DNA from: Candidatus Peribacter sp. UBA6535
GTDB taxonomy: Bacteria; Patescibacteriota; Gracilibacteria; Peribacterales; Peribacteraceae
Reading direction: 5' to 3'
DNA: 56,167 bases
Assembly (NCBI GenBank): GCA_002436205.1
Contig: DJKT01000041.1
Coordinates: 1 to 56,167, forward strand
Part shown: positions 16,549 through 27,036 of the stretch, piece after piece
How the letters are laid out: each line of letters starts with the position of its first letter
Numbering within the stretch: position 1 is the stretch's first letter
The notes under the pieces: model-generated
Told to the model about the DNA's origin: nothing
The model's database searches: none
What the model saw: only the letters and a program-made list of their open reading frames with translations
Made by a program: the position numbers and the translations under genes

Positions 16549-17704
16549 ATTCACGCAGTATGCGTTCCATCCTTTTTTTCCAAGAATGGTTTTTGATCAT
16601 CTTTAAACCTTTTGCAGATCGCTCTTTGGCCTCTTTTGGATGCTCAAGTACATCACGAATACCGCCAGACAATGAAGAAACACTCCCCGGATGCACAAAC
16701 CGTACAAGTGTCTTATCGACAGCATCTCGCACCGGAGGAATATCTGCGCAAACAACCGGCTTGCCTGCTGCAAGGTACTCAAATAACTTTAGTGGAGATG
16801 TATCACGTTTAAAGTACTGATGCTTCGGTACCGGAGATGGATACACACAAATATCACATGCGGCTATCGCATCGGGTACAAGTTTTGGACGAACAGATCC
16901 GTGAAAGAGAAAATCATGATCGGTAAGCCCCAGATGTAATGCTTGTTTGCGGTAGCGTTCTATCCAATTGTCAGGCCCACCAACAACAAATAGAAAAACA
17001 TTTGGATAATGCTGCTTAAGAGACGGCATGGCTTTCATCAGGATATCCACTCCCTTCTGCACTTTATCCATCGTCACGAGTGAACCAACATATCCAATAA
17101 TCAATCGGTCATCGGGTAGTGCAAAATGATGTTTTGCTTTTTTTGGTGCAGGCAATTTTTCAAAGCGTTCAAGATCTACTGCATCACCTTCGACAATAAT
17201 CTTCTTAGCAGGCATTCCCCAAGATACAAGCTCATCTCTCATAGGAGTTGTAAGGCATACAACGCGTTTACACTTCTTGCAGAGTGCGGTGAACCTGCTG
17301 CGCCCACGTTTAGGAAGTGTATGCAACTCCAGTACTACAGGTATGCCTGTTTTCAGTAGCGCGGGAAGCACCTGTGGGCTGCGTGCATAGAGAATATCAA
17401 ATTTGTTATCTGCAAAATACTCCCGCAAAGATCCACGGTACGATTTCATCGTAAAAAGAAATGCAAAGCGTCCAGGAATTATCTTGGATTGGAATGCATC
17501 GAATGTTTTAAGCTTTTTTGCTTCAAAATCTTTTTCGAGATGATAGTACTGCACATGTTCGTGACGAATGGCATTTTTGATATCCGGAGATACCAGTGTG
17601 ACATCGTGCCCTAGTTTTGTTAGCGCTTCGCCAACACGGGCAATCTGATGTCCGTGGGCTTTCTCTGTTGGAAACCGCGTGTGGGTGACGTAGGCTATCT
17701 TCAC
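16532..17704 (-). CDS. Glycosyltransferase family 4 (GT-B fold)
   Basis: 390 aa with a GTG start. The N-terminus is MKIAYVTHTRFPTEKAHGHQIARVGEAL. The C-terminal EX7E region is RDTSPLKLFEYLAAGKPVVCADIPPV. Confidence 0.85.
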   Translation of the reverse strand: MKIAYVTHTRFPTEKAHGHQIARVGEALTKLGHDVTLVSPDIKNAIRHEHVQYYHLEKDFEAKKLKTFDAFQSKIIPGRFAFLFTMKSYRGSLREYFADNKFDILYARSPQVLPALLKTGIPVVLELHTLPKRGRSRFTALCKKCKRVVCLTTPMRDELVSWGMPAKKIIVEGDAVDLERFEKLPAPKKAKHHFALPDDRLIIGYVGSLVTMDKVQKGVDILMKAMPSLKQHYPNVFLFVVGGPDNWIERYRKQALHLGLTDHDFLFHGSVRPKLVPDAIAACDICVYPSPVPKHQYFKRDTSPLKLFEYLAAGKPVVCADIPPVRDAVDKTLVRFVHPGSVSSLSGGIRDVLEHPKEAKERSAKGLKMIKNHSWKKRMERILRELKMEN

Positions 17705-17718
17705 GATATTATCGTATC

Positions 17719-18693
17719 ATGAAAAACCCCGTTCTCCTTACTTTTGGCTTTCCAAACCCCAATTCACCCAGATATCGCAATTTGGTAGAAATGTATGAAT
17801 CTGAAGGATATACAGTAATTGAGTGCCTAACAGACGCGAAGGGTTTTGTGGGAAAGCACCGAGATTTACTGAAACAGTACAAGATCCATCGTAAAGAGTA
17901 TGATGCTCTTCTCGTCAATTTTCCCGGATATTATCTGATGCCCATTGCCTGGTGGCTTACGCGTTTTCCTCGTAAACAAGTCATATTTGATGCATTTATT
18001 TCTGTCAGTGACACGCTTGTTTCCGATAGACGAAAGGTTTCTTGGGCAAATCCCCTTGCTTGGATGTACTACATCATAGATGTTATCAGCTGCTTTCTTG
18101 CTGATGAAGTACTCATTGATACCGAGGCACACAAAAGATTCTTTATGAAAAGATTCTTCCTGAAGGCAAAGAAAATACGCGTCGTGTATGTAGGAACATT
18201 GAAAGATCTTTTCCACCCAGGTCCCAAAGAGAACAAGTTGCCCGAAGGAAAATTCAACGCACTCTTTATTGGAAGCTACATTCCACTGCAGGGAATAGAA
18301 CATATTTTGCATGCTGCAAAAATCCTCAATGACCAGCAAGACATTCATATTACGCTAATCGGAAACGGCCAGACATACGACGAGATGACTGCACTTGCGT
18401 ATGATCTTGGATTGAAGAACGTCACCTTCCTCGACTTTATGCCAATTGAGGAACTGCCACATTACCTAAGGTCTTGTGACGTAGCTCTCGGCATCTTTGG
18501 AACATCCGACAAAGCCAACCGCGTAATCCCTCACAAGGTTTACGATGCTATTGGATGCAAAGTTCCGGTAATCACTGCACAAAACCTCGCCATCGGTGAG
18601 AAGTTTACAGACGGAAAAGAGGTCTTCCTCTGTAAGACGGGGAATGCTGAGTCGCTTGCACAAGCGATTGTTAGGGTAAAAGATTCTCAGTAG
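17719..18693 (+). CDS. Glycosyltransferase (GT-B, Glycos_transf_1-like C-terminal domain)
   Basis: 324 aa. The sequence FIGSYIPLQGIEHILHAAKIL...ITLIGNGQTYDEM...VIPHKVYDAIGCKVPVITA is typical of the retaining GT1/GT4 clan. Confidence 0.75.
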   Translation: MKNPVLLTFGFPNPNSPRYRNLVEMYESEGYTVIECLTDAKGFVGKHRDLLKQYKIHRKEYDALLVNFPGYYLMPIAWWLTRFPRKQVIFDAFISVSDTLVSDRRKVSWANPLAWMYYIIDVISCFLADEVLIDTEAHKRFFMKRFFLKAKKIRVVYVGTLKDLFHPGPKENKLPEGKFNALFIGSYIPLQGIEHILHAAKILNDQQDIHITLIGNGQTYDEMTALAYDLGLKNVTFLDFMPIEELPHYLRSCDVALGIFGTSDKANRVIPHKVYDAIGCKVPVITAQNLAIGEKFTDGKEVFLCKTGNAESLAQAIVRVKDSQ

Positions 18694-19702
18694 CATACTT
18701 TAAAAAGCTATCCACCTTTAGGTACTTCTCAAACACCTCTCGTCCCCTCTTTTGCATGTCGATAAATTGCTGATCGGAAATATTTTCATAATGATCAGCA
18801 ACTATCCGATCCAAATGATAGAGATCCCCATACGGAACACGCACAATGAACTCATCGTAATTGATTTTGTCCTCGAGTGGTAATACACACTCTGTATCCA
18901 AAAGAACTGGGATCCTCCCCAAACTCAGCGCTTCGTAAAATCGATACGAATAATTTCCATCTCCTTTGATGATCAGTGCGTAATCACTACCAAGTAAGTT
19001 ATCAATGTACTCTCTTCTAGCAAGTTCCGGATCAGTTTTGATCGTAGAAGTATGACCGGAGTAACTATTACGGATAATAAAATTCGGCTCAATCATCGTA
19101 GACTGCTTTAGATGCTTGATGACTTTCATGCGATACGTAATTCCTTTCACACGCGCTTCACGATGAATACCAACAATTCCTGATGCTTCGATAATGCTAT
19201 TTTTGACGATAGTGCCTATTGCGTTCTTGAAGTTTTTGTAACCAGCCCACCCACAAAACCCAACTATAGGTTTACCAGGGTGTTTGCTACGCGGGCTTAG
19301 ATCGCCCTCCAATAAATCCTCTGCATACGCCGGCATCATGATTTCATTCTTTTGTAATGAACTTCGATATTGATTGGTACGAAAAACAATCGCATGTTGA
19401 TCTGCAATAGGTGCATCACTATCTCCATGCCAGAACATAATGATTTTTTTACCAAATGACCGAGCTAGATCGGACTGTCTGTGGATATAAGCAGATTGTG
19501 CCTTAAGTGACGGATAGTTATGAGGCAGCAAAACGTAATCGGCCTCTTCTGGCTTATCGACCATCTCCACCAAAGGCTCTGTCAACCCTCCAAATGCTCT
19601 ATTAAGAAACATAATGCTACCTCGCTCTTGTACACCCAAATTTGGGTACAAAAGCGGTACATAGGGCACATCGGGTAAGAGATCTGAATACACCTTGAGC
19701 AT
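18671..19702 (-). CDS. Exostosin (GT47)-like glycosyltransferase
   Basis: The C-terminal region YALIIKGDGNYSYRFYEALSLGRIPVLLDTECVLPLEDKINYDEFIVRV resembles the exostosin-family signature. The first ATG is at 19702; the track start at 19729 is a TTG. Confidence 0.55.
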   Translation of the reverse strand: MLKVYSDLLPDVPYVPLLYPNLGVQERGSIMFLNRAFGGLTEPLVEMVDKPEEADYVLLPHNYPSLKAQSAYIHRQSDLARSFGKKIIMFWHGDSDAPIADQHAIVFRTNQYRSSLQKNEIMMPAYAEDLLEGDLSPRSKHPGKPIVGFCGWAGYKNFKNAIGTIVKNSIIEASGIVGIHREARVKGITYRMKVIKHLKQSTMIEPNFIIRNSYSGHTSTIKTDPELARREYIDNLLGSDYALIIKGDGNYSYRFYEALSLGRIPVLLDTECVLPLEDKINYDEFIVRVPYGDLYHLDRIVADHYENISDQQFIDMQKRGREVFEKYLKVDSFLKYATENLLP

Positions 19703-19728
19703 CGAGAGATAGTGTACACTAGGCCACA

Positions 19729-20367
19729 ATGCTCAAAACCTTTATTGACCGGCATTATCGACTTATCCGCCCTTTTCGTTTCTTATACGGATGGGCAAAA
19801 GATAGCTATACCAAAGCCCAGTGTTCCAAGAGAGCTGAGCAGTGGAAGGCAAAAGGCTTCAAAGGTGCCAAGCTGGATGTTTGCGGTGGAAGAAATCCTG
19901 TTAATCCCAAAGAGTTTCTCAATGTAGATGCCGTAGCACTGCCTCAAGTCGATCTGGTGTTTGATATTACCGAGAAGTTTCCAATAAATGATGGTGTGAT
20001 TGCAGAAGTATTCTCAGCAGCCACACTCGAACACCTGCGAGAACCGCACAACCTTCACGTCCTCAAAGAGTTCTTCCGCATTATGCAATCGGGGGCAGTT
20101 GTACGTATCTGTACTCCGGATATCGAGGCAATTGCCAAAGGAATACTGGATGGAGAAGATCTGCAGTACATCAATCAACATCTGTTTGGAAAATATAAAT
20201 CAAATCAGACAGAAGATTACGATCTGCACAGATGGATGTACCCAGCAGACCGTTTGATGGAAGTGCTGCGTGAAATTGGTTTTACCGAAACTGAGCGCAT
20301 ACCACTCGAAGATGTCGGCTTACATGACCCAAAATATAACTTTCTTATTCGTGCAGTTAAGCCTTAG
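19729..20367 (+). CDS. Class I SAM-dependent methyltransferase
   Basis: 212 aa. It has motif I-like LDVCGG and a post-I acidic residue. The sequence FPINDGVIAEVFSAATLEHLREPHNLHVLKEFFRIMQSGAVVRICTPD resembles Methyltransf_11/23. Confidence 0.7.
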   Translation: MLKTFIDRHYRLIRPFRFLYGWAKDSYTKAQCSKRAEQWKAKGFKGAKLDVCGGRNPVNPKEFLNVDAVALPQVDLVFDITEKFPINDGVIAEVFSAATLEHLREPHNLHVLKEFFRIMQSGAVVRICTPDIEAIAKGILDGEDLQYINQHLFGKYKSNQTEDYDLHRWMYPADRLMEVLREIGFTETERIPLEDVGLHDPKYNFLIRAVKP

Positions 20368-22076
20368 TTAATCTGATAGAGCGCCCATGTCTCTCCAGAT
20401 GCAACCTCTTCAAGGTTCAGGTGTAATCTTTGTATATTCCAATCTGGCTCTAGAAACTTGTTCCAAAGAATATGACTAATCTCATAAGTCTTTATGGATA
20501 TTGCAGGGTCAAGATCTAATTCTCTACACGCAGCAAACACCATGTCTTCTTCTTGTTTGCGAAGGTCACCACCAAAAGCAGATACAGCATCTGGATACAC
20601 AAGATGATGCCTATCAGAAATGATGCGCTTGTCCGGACGCAGAGGAAGTTGTGAAAGACAAAAGCGACTGGCAATTTCATGATGGGTCATAAGTACATTC
20701 TTGAGATATATCGAATAGACAACATCGTGATGAGTGTATGCAGCAAGAAAAGACTGCGTTGCAGGGTCAGAAAGAATACGACCTCGTGGCAAGTCGTCTA
20801 GTGCTGGAAGTGTCTGTGCAAGGTGCTGACCTGCAAATCTGCCGGGTTCAACTTTCCACTGTCCAAATACATACCTGCCATCATATCCAATGGCAGCGAG
20901 ATATATACAGGCAGCAAGTGCCCCTAAAGAAAGCCACTTACTTCGTAGCACGAAGTACAAAATGACCATACCAACTGCGGCTGTTGCCATAGAAAAAATG
21001 CCATGCGAGACAAAATTAAAGGTAATACCATGCATCACCTGTTGATTCATATAAACAAATGTCGCAAGTATCATCACACATATGGGACGGTAGGGTCGCA
21101 GGATTTCACGCTCGTAGATAGCTGCCATCAACACCGATAAAATCATAGCAAAGAAGATAACGGCATACGGCCATGACTCCGGAGCTCTGCTGTGATGCAT
21201 ACCACTACGGAAAGAACCGTATTCATAAAGTGGATGTAATGTTATATCTATAAGATGTGCTATAGCAGGAAGCCCGATGATAAGTCCGACCAAACCAGTC
21301 AGAGCCAACAGGTGCCAACGCTCCGGTTTCCATGAAGGTTTGCGTGGACGTAAATGCCAAAAAATCCCCCAAGCCGTATGGAGCATTCGCCGTATTCTGG
21401 AATGCGCCATTTTCTTATGCTCTTGCCATTTTTCGTAACTCCACTCCAAAAATTCCCACGCCAAAAAGATTCCCCAGTAGGCCCAAGCAAATGTAAAACT
21501 CCAAACATAGATTCCAATAAGTAACCCCAGCAATCCTCCACCCAAAACAATGCCCCACCACCGACTACGTACTGCATATATGATTCCTATAAGTGACCAG
21601 AGCATCAAAAAGAAACTCGCACGCATATGAATAGGACGTCCAAGATTATAAAGCTGTAACAGGCAAAACAGTGCGGCTCCTCCAAGCGATGCTTTGCGAG
21701 AAAATCCACAGAGCTGAAAAAATAATACTAGAGATAAAAAGAGAAGTACCGGTACTGCACCATCCATAACATCGAGAACCATAGCCGATCGCCATCCTGT
21801 CCAGCGAAAGAGTTTTCCATACCATGATTCGATAAATGCCACTTGTGTACCCACAAGATTTGGGTGACCAGTAAAGGCTTCTGCTGCTCTTTTTGGCCTG
21901 CCCGTAAGCGACTCTTGAACTCTGGCAAGGTAAATCGCCTCATCAGAATTAAGGTGTACAGAAACCCCCTGATAGAGCTTGTAGCTTTTATGCCGCATTT
22001 GAGGCATAACCAGAATAAGAGCGAGAACCGCTGAACATCCCGCCAGAGTAAGCCCCCATTTCAGTCGATCGGACAT
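20364..22076 (-). CDS. Large polytopic membrane protein, GT-C-like (putative lipid-linked-sugar-dependent glycosyltransferase)
   Basis: 570 aa with at least 10 hydrophobic helices and a soluble C-terminal domain. An acidic motif follows TM1 (NSDEAIYLARVQE), as in the first external loop of ArnT/PMT-type GT-C enzymes. Confidence 0.45.
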   Translation of the reverse strand: MSDRLKWGLTLAGCSAVLALILVMPQMRHKSYKLYQGVSVHLNSDEAIYLARVQESLTGRPKRAAEAFTGHPNLVGTQVAFIESWYGKLFRWTGWRSAMVLDVMDGAVPVLLFLSLVLFFQLCGFSRKASLGGAALFCLLQLYNLGRPIHMRASFFLMLWSLIGIIYAVRSRWWGIVLGGGLLGLLIGIYVWSFTFAWAYWGIFLAWEFLEWSYEKWQEHKKMAHSRIRRMLHTAWGIFWHLRPRKPSWKPERWHLLALTGLVGLIIGLPAIAHLIDITLHPLYEYGSFRSGMHHSRAPESWPYAVIFFAMILSVLMAAIYEREILRPYRPICVMILATFVYMNQQVMHGITFNFVSHGIFSMATAAVGMVILYFVLRSKWLSLGALAACIYLAAIGYDGRYVFGQWKVEPGRFAGQHLAQTLPALDDLPRGRILSDPATQSFLAAYTHHDVVYSIYLKNVLMTHHEIASRFCLSQLPLRPDKRIISDRHHLVYPDAVSAFGGDLRKQEEDMVFAACRELDLDPAISIKTYEISHILWNKFLEPDWNIQRLHLNLEEVASGETWALYQIN

Positions 22077-22100
22077 GAAACCAGTGTATCATATCGCTAT

Positions 22101-23132
22101 ATGGCAAGGACTTACTACGAACTGCTCCCCTACGCCTTTAAGAGGTTTTCACTTCTTAGAACATTGCGTACTGGGGTGCCAACGATTGCACATTGGGCAA
22201 CGAGGAAGCCGCTTCCTGAAAGTAAAAAACCTGCACTCTTTACGATGAACATCATGCCCCCCATGATGACGGTGTGGTATCACCTTGTACAAAAAAATCT
22301 AGGAGACAAAGTAGACACCGTTATCTTTGATTGTTCGGGTACACTTAAGAAATCTGACTTTCCAAATGCTCGTATACAAAAATATATTAATGTATATGCA
22401 GCAACAAAATCTGATGAATTCTTGTACCACATAGCAAAAACCCGGAAAATTGGATGGGTCTGCGATGATGATATGTTTATTTTGAGTGATAAGTGTCTTG
22501 ATGTACTGAGACAAGAATTTGCAGATCCCAATACGGCATCTGTGAGCTTTCGCCCAAGAACCTGGTGGCATTTTGATATAGACGGAAAAGAATATGAACC
22601 CAGTAGTAGCTACTGTATTGGTATTAACAGAGAGATTTACTGTAATAAAGAACATCTCTGCCTCTCTCCATGCAACGGAAACGAAAACGCCGTTTCGCAT
22701 ATCGGAAAACCTGTGAAACGCTATGACACCTTTGATAGAGCGAATGAAATTTTGATTAAGAAGGGATACAACTGTGCCATTGTCCCAGAAAGTACGCGCG
22801 ACCAAATTGTCACAGGATTTTCGGGTGTCTCCAGTGCGGTGATGCTCCTTTGGTACTTCCGATCCTCAAAAAAAATGAAGGAGTACCTAGAAGGTCCACA
22901 GGACTCCGCCTGGAGTGGGAACACCATGTTTACCATTCTTTCAGGATTGCGTGCAGTAAACACCATGCAGCAAATGCATGAGCAGATCACTGGGAAACCG
23001 TATCATCTTAAGGCGATGCCAAGCTGGGAGTATCTTGAGAAGTTAAAGGAAAAGAAGGCTCCGCTGATTCGCGAAGAACACTCATTTGATCGAGTGGATG
23101 AAGTGGCAGCTATCTTGAGAAATAATCTTTAG
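22101..23132 (+). CDS. Hypothetical protein, possibly a GT-A-like glycosyltransferase
   Basis: 343 aa. The only support is TVIFDCSGT...GWVCDDDMFILSD, which is DXD-like after a beta-strand, plus its location inside the glycan island. Confidence 0.3.
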   Translation: MARTYYELLPYAFKRFSLLRTLRTGVPTIAHWATRKPLPESKKPALFTMNIMPPMMTVWYHLVQKNLGDKVDTVIFDCSGTLKKSDFPNARIQKYINVYAATKSDEFLYHIAKTRKIGWVCDDDMFILSDKCLDVLRQEFADPNTASVSFRPRTWWHFDIDGKEYEPSSSYCIGINREIYCNKEHLCLSPCNGNENAVSHIGKPVKRYDTFDRANEILIKKGYNCAIVPESTRDQIVTGFSGVSSAVMLLWYFRSSKKMKEYLEGPQDSAWSGNTMFTILSGLRAVNTMQQMHEQITGKPYHLKAMPSWEYLEKLKEKKAPLIREEHSFDRVDEVAAILRNNL

Positions 23133-23817
23133 ATCGAAATCGCAATATTACAAACACCCACACCCACTTAAACCAATCCTTCCAGTTAATCTTCTTCCCC
23201 TCTTCCATGCTACGCGGATGATAGCTAATAGGCTGTTCTTTAATATCCACTCCATTACGCAAAACCATCACGGTAAGTTCTGGATCAAATCGGAAATCAT
23301 TTTCCTTTAGAGGAAGTGTCTGCAAAAGATCATTGCGTACCATCTTGTAACACGTTGGCTGGTCGGTTAGATGCGATCCATAGAGAATATTACAGATGTA
23401 GGTGAGCGAGCTTCCGCCAATAAAGTGACCGAGATGTACAAACTGCTTCTGTTTTTTGAGTCTTCGAGAACCCCACAGCGCTTTGAGATTATGTTTCTCC
23501 GCATATTCTAAAAGTCCTAGAATTTCTTCGGGGTCATATTCCAAGTCTGCATCCTGCACGATGACATACGTACCTTTGGCAACTTGATATCCTTTACGTA
23601 CAGCCGATCCTTTACCACCATTCTTCTTAGTCATAACGATATCTTGCTCCCGTGCAAGCTCTTGCAAAATTGAGAGCGAATTATCTTTGGAGCCATCATC
23701 TACAAATATGATTTCTGCAAAATCTCCACAGCTATCAAATACACGTTTAACAATATCTCGAAGTGTTGGTTCTTCGTTGTAAACCGGAATGACGATAGAA
23801 AGACGGTGCTGATTCAT
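23110..23817 (-). CDS. Glycosyltransferase family 2 (polyprenyl-phosphate sugar synthase-like)
   Basis: 235 aa with LSIVIPVYNEEPTL, IIFVDDGSKDNS and VIVQDADLEYDP. The ATG overlaps the upstream stop (TAATG). Confidence 0.85.
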   Translation of the reverse strand: MNQHRLSIVIPVYNEEPTLRDIVKRVFDSCGDFAEIIFVDDGSKDNSLSILQELAREQDIVMTKKNGGKGSAVRKGYQVAKGTYVIVQDADLEYDPEEILGLLEYAEKHNLKALWGSRRLKKQKQFVHLGHFIGGSSLTYICNILYGSHLTDQPTCYKMVRNDLLQTLPLKENDFRFDPELTVMVLRNGVDIKEQPISYHPRSMEEGKKINWKDWFKWVWVFVILRFRSKDYFSR

Positions 23818-24824
23818 TATTGCATCTGAGTAACCTGCCGCTCAATACAGCGCGACAAACTGTGATCACGCTCTGTGTGACTGCGAAGATGGTCGCCCAA
23901 AACTTGCTTTTGCTCAAGTGAAAGACTCAAAAGTTTCTGCGTCTGTTCCAAAAGAGTATCTGCTGTTGCCCTGCACTCGGGTGGCAATTCCTCTTGAGCT
24001 GCAATACTTGTAGAAACAGTTGGGCAAGCTGATGCCATGGCTTGTAGTATGACTTTATCAAGCCCTCCTTGTGATGCATGCAAAAACACATCTGCCCGTT
24101 GCATCAGAGACGGCATTTCCTCAGGAGCTACCCAACCCATACTGATGCGGTCTGCAATGCCCAACGAATGCATGAGGCTAAGTAGATCTTTCTCCACCTC
24201 TTTGTCAGCTTCGGTAATAGTGCCACCGGCAATAGTGAGATGTGTACCTGGCAGGTTTGCCACTAATCTGAGGAGTTGATCGTAATGTTTAATACGTGTC
24301 ACGCGACCGGCGGTAACGAGGTGACCTGCCTCACGTCGATCAAACACCGGACGGAATGTATCGATATCAATACCATGACCAACTGTGACCTGCTTCTTTG
24401 CAACCTTTGGTAACCCATGCTTCGAGGCTGCAAAGACTTTCTTAACAAACAAAAGTGCCATGCTCAACTTCCAGCTTCCACGTTTGATTTCGTACCAGAG
24501 ATACATAGGTTTTCTCATGATGAGCCACAGTGGAGCACCAATCAAAATCCAGATAGGAGTCATATGCACAAGGACGCGATCGTAGTCTTTGCTATGCTGC
24601 CAAATCAGCTTCCAGAAGCGCAATACCTGAGACACATTGCTTCGGCCTCGTTCTTTTTCTAGGGAAATCACCTTCACATTGCTTGGCAGATCGTACGAAC
24701 CAGTTTGTTGACCAATAACTGTGACTTGATCACAGTGCAAAGCAAACTCCTCTATCCATTTGTGAAAGAATCCTAAGATCGGATCTGTGCGGTCTACCTT
24801 TTGTGTGATGATAAGAAGTTTCAT
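23817..24824 (-). CDS. Glycosyltransferase (GT-B, GT1/GT4 clan)
   Basis: 335 aa. It starts MKLLIITQKVDRTDPILGFFHKWIEEF and has the C-terminal ADVFLHASQGGLDKVILQAMASACPTVST. It is translationally coupled on both sides. Confidence 0.75.
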   Translation of the reverse strand: MKLLIITQKVDRTDPILGFFHKWIEEFALHCDQVTVIGQQTGSYDLPSNVKVISLEKERGRSNVSQVLRFWKLIWQHSKDYDRVLVHMTPIWILIGAPLWLIMRKPMYLWYEIKRGSWKLSMALLFVKKVFAASKHGLPKVAKKQVTVGHGIDIDTFRPVFDRREAGHLVTAGRVTRIKHYDQLLRLVANLPGTHLTIAGGTITEADKEVEKDLLSLMHSLGIADRISMGWVAPEEMPSLMQRADVFLHASQGGLDKVILQAMASACPTVSTSIAAQEELPPECRATADTLLEQTQKLLSLSLEQKQVLGDHLRSHTERDHSLSRCIERQVTQMQ

Positions 24825-25954
24825 GTTTGTGACTTAAGAAAATCTGCATACTGTTTAATAAGCATACTGCGTTCATACGTATCCAATACCTTCACCGCCT
24901 CTTGCCCAAGTGCTTTACGCTGCACTTCATTCTTAAGCAGTACGCCAATCTTTTTCGCCAGATCGCCAACCTCCCCCGTCGTAAACATTCCATTGATGCC
25001 ATCGCGAATCACCTCAGGCATTACGCCAACCTTCGTCACTATCACCGGCATTCCACAACCCATTGCCTCAAGCGCAACTCTTGGACCTCCTTCGCTCTTA
25101 CTATTCATCACAAAAATGCGCGCAGTTTGTATGGCACCACTCACAGCCTCTTGCGTCGGCAACCAGCCAAGGAACGTTATGCGATTTTCGGCACCCATAT
25201 CTTTTACTTTTTGCTCCATCTTCGACCTTTCCGATCCATCGCCAATAATCAAAAGCCTGACACCTTCCAGTGCCCCCACTGCATCAATAAGTTCATCAAG
25301 CCCTTTATTTGCTACCAATCTTCCACAGAAAGAAACATCATAGGAAACCGGAGGTTTGTTGGCAGTACTGAGTGCATTTCTATCAAGATAGAGCGAGGAA
25401 ATATTATTGATCTTATCCCACTGCACACCCCATCGACGCAATTGCTTTTCGACACTATCATTCACTACTCTCACAGCAGATGCTTTCTGTACATCTGTCT
25501 TGAGATAGAGCCACGACAACGTACGTCCTATCCACTCAGTAAACGACGCTGCCTTCGGCCATCCAACAATGTGATGTACCTCTATAACATACGGGATCCT
25601 CATTTTCTTATGAAGTTTACGTGCGCCAATACCGTTATAAAACGGTGGGTAATCATGTACGGTCATCACGTCATGTGCATGCTGCCCAATAAGATATTTA
25701 CCGCGGTTTACTATCCACGGCACCTGAAATAGAAGTGATTGAGGGCAGGGATGAAAGAATACTTCACCACCTTCTTTTACATCTGATACCAATCTATGGC
25801 CGGACTCTGATACTTCGATAGATTCCTCCGGAACACGAGGGCAGATAACATCTATGCGATCAAAGTGCTTGCGCAGCTCCTGCAACGTATACCAAAACGC
25901 TCCCAGTTTTCCTTGGAGAATAGATCTGTCGCCACTGATCATCAGCAGTTTCAT
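24821..25954 (-). CDS. Glycosyltransferase family 4
   Basis: It starts at ATG 25954 (MKLLMISGD), which overlaps the upstream stop; the track start at 25963 is a TTG. It contains FCGRLVANKGLDELIDA and SKSEGGPRVALEAMGCGMPVIVTKVG. Confidence 0.85.
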   Translation of the reverse strand: MKLLMISGDRSILQGKLGAFWYTLQELRKHFDRIDVICPRVPEESIEVSESGHRLVSDVKEGGEVFFHPCPQSLLFQVPWIVNRGKYLIGQHAHDVMTVHDYPPFYNGIGARKLHKKMRIPYVIEVHHIVGWPKAASFTEWIGRTLSWLYLKTDVQKASAVRVVNDSVEKQLRRWGVQWDKINNISSLYLDRNALSTANKPPVSYDVSFCGRLVANKGLDELIDAVGALEGVRLLIIGDGSERSKMEQKVKDMGAENRITFLGWLPTQEAVSGAIQTARIFVMNSKSEGGPRVALEAMGCGMPVIVTKVGVMPEVIRDGINGMFTTGEVGDLAKKIGVLLKNEVQRKALGQEAVKVLDTYERSMLIKQYADFLKSQT

Positions 25955-27036
25955 TAGACGCAAATTGTAGCAAATAGATCCTCAGTGTCTTTGGAAACCT
26001 CCTCCCAACTTCGCCCTTCTATCTTTTTAGACGCTGCCTCTGACACAAAGTTATACCCCTCGCGAATACGATTGATTTCTTCGGTAATCTTTTGGGGAGT
26101 CGAGAGATCCGCAATAACAATTCCTGAACGTAAGTGCTCACTAAGTCCAGTTTCCTCCGTAAGCAGCGCAGGAAGTCCTACTGACCTCGCTTCGAGTGCT
26201 GTGTTTGGACTGATGTCTGTAAGAGAAGGGATCACCAGAAGATCATGTTTTCCAAAAATCTCGAACTTCTCTTTTCCTCTAAGGGGAGCAACAAACTGAA
26301 CACGCGTTGTAAGCTCCAAACGCTCTGTCTGCTTTCGTAATGCATCATCTTGTGGGCCGGAACCTACAAGTGTGAGGTATGCATCCGGTATCTGTGCAAC
26401 TGCCTCTATGAGTAGCGGAATATTTTTGAAATTCACGAAACGACCAACAAATAGTAAGCGTAGTTGCTTCTTTAAGAAGTGTTGTTCCATAGGAACTACC
26501 TGATCGAGTGCGAGAGCGTTTTCTATTACAGAATTCTTCGGAAGGTTCTTGTAGGCATCTTTGTAAATTTGCTGCTGGAAATCTGTAGAAAACACAACGT
26601 GATCGAATTTGTTCAAAAGCCAACTACTAACTGCTAACTGCCATCTACTAGATCTATACCACTCCCTCAATCCCTTCTTCCCACCCATCGCCGTATACCG
26701 CTCCCAAAAGAAATCCCCTCCAAGACGTAAGATCCTTTTGCAACGAAGTCTCGAAAGAATGATCGGAATCCCGCAACTAATTGAGGAGAATGCATACACA
26801 ACATCTGCATTCTTCCCTACCTCCTTCAATTTTTTTGAGTACTTCCACCATCGTAGGATAGGCAATCCCAATAATACGTTCTCCACTTTCCATTTTTCAG
26901 TTTCCACCTTGTTACCATACGTCACTACTATCACATCGTGACTGCTCCTCGTAAGGCGATCAGCTAACTTCTTAGAGTACGTAGCAGGTCCTCCGATAGC
27001 CGGAGGATAGATGCCAGTGGCAAGGATGATCTTCAT
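25954..27036 (-). CDS. Glycosyltransferase family 4
   Basis: I prefer the start at ATG 27036 (MKIILATGIYPPAIGGPATY) because it overlaps the rfbB stop (ATGA). It contains LFVGRFVNFKNIPLLIEA and SLTDISPNTALEARSVGLPALLTEETG. Confidence 0.8.
   Translation of the reverse strand: MKIILATGIYPPAIGGPATYSKKLADRLTRSSHDVIVVTYGNKVETEKWKVENVLLGLPILRWWKYSKKLKEVGKNADVVYAFSSISCGIPIILSRLRCKRILRLGGDFFWERYTAMGGKKGLREWYRSSRWQLAVSSWLLNKFDHVVFSTDFQQQIYKDAYKNLPKNSVIENALALDQVVPMEQHFLKKQLRLLFVGRFVNFKNIPLLIEAVAQIPDAYLTLVGSGPQDDALRKQTERLELTTRVQFVAPLRGKEKFEIFGKHDLLVIPSLTDISPNTALEARSVGLPALLTEETGLSEHLRSGIVIADLSTPQKITEEINRIREGYNFVSEAASKKIEGRSWEEVSKDTEDLFATICV

Noticed and set aside
24902-25732. 276-aa plus-strand ORF, together with 24801..25343, antisense to the GT4 gene 24821..25954
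   Set aside because: These are shadow ORFs. The composition is implausible (His/Arg/Cys/Ile-rich), there are no motifs, and the opposite strand has a strong GT4 signature.
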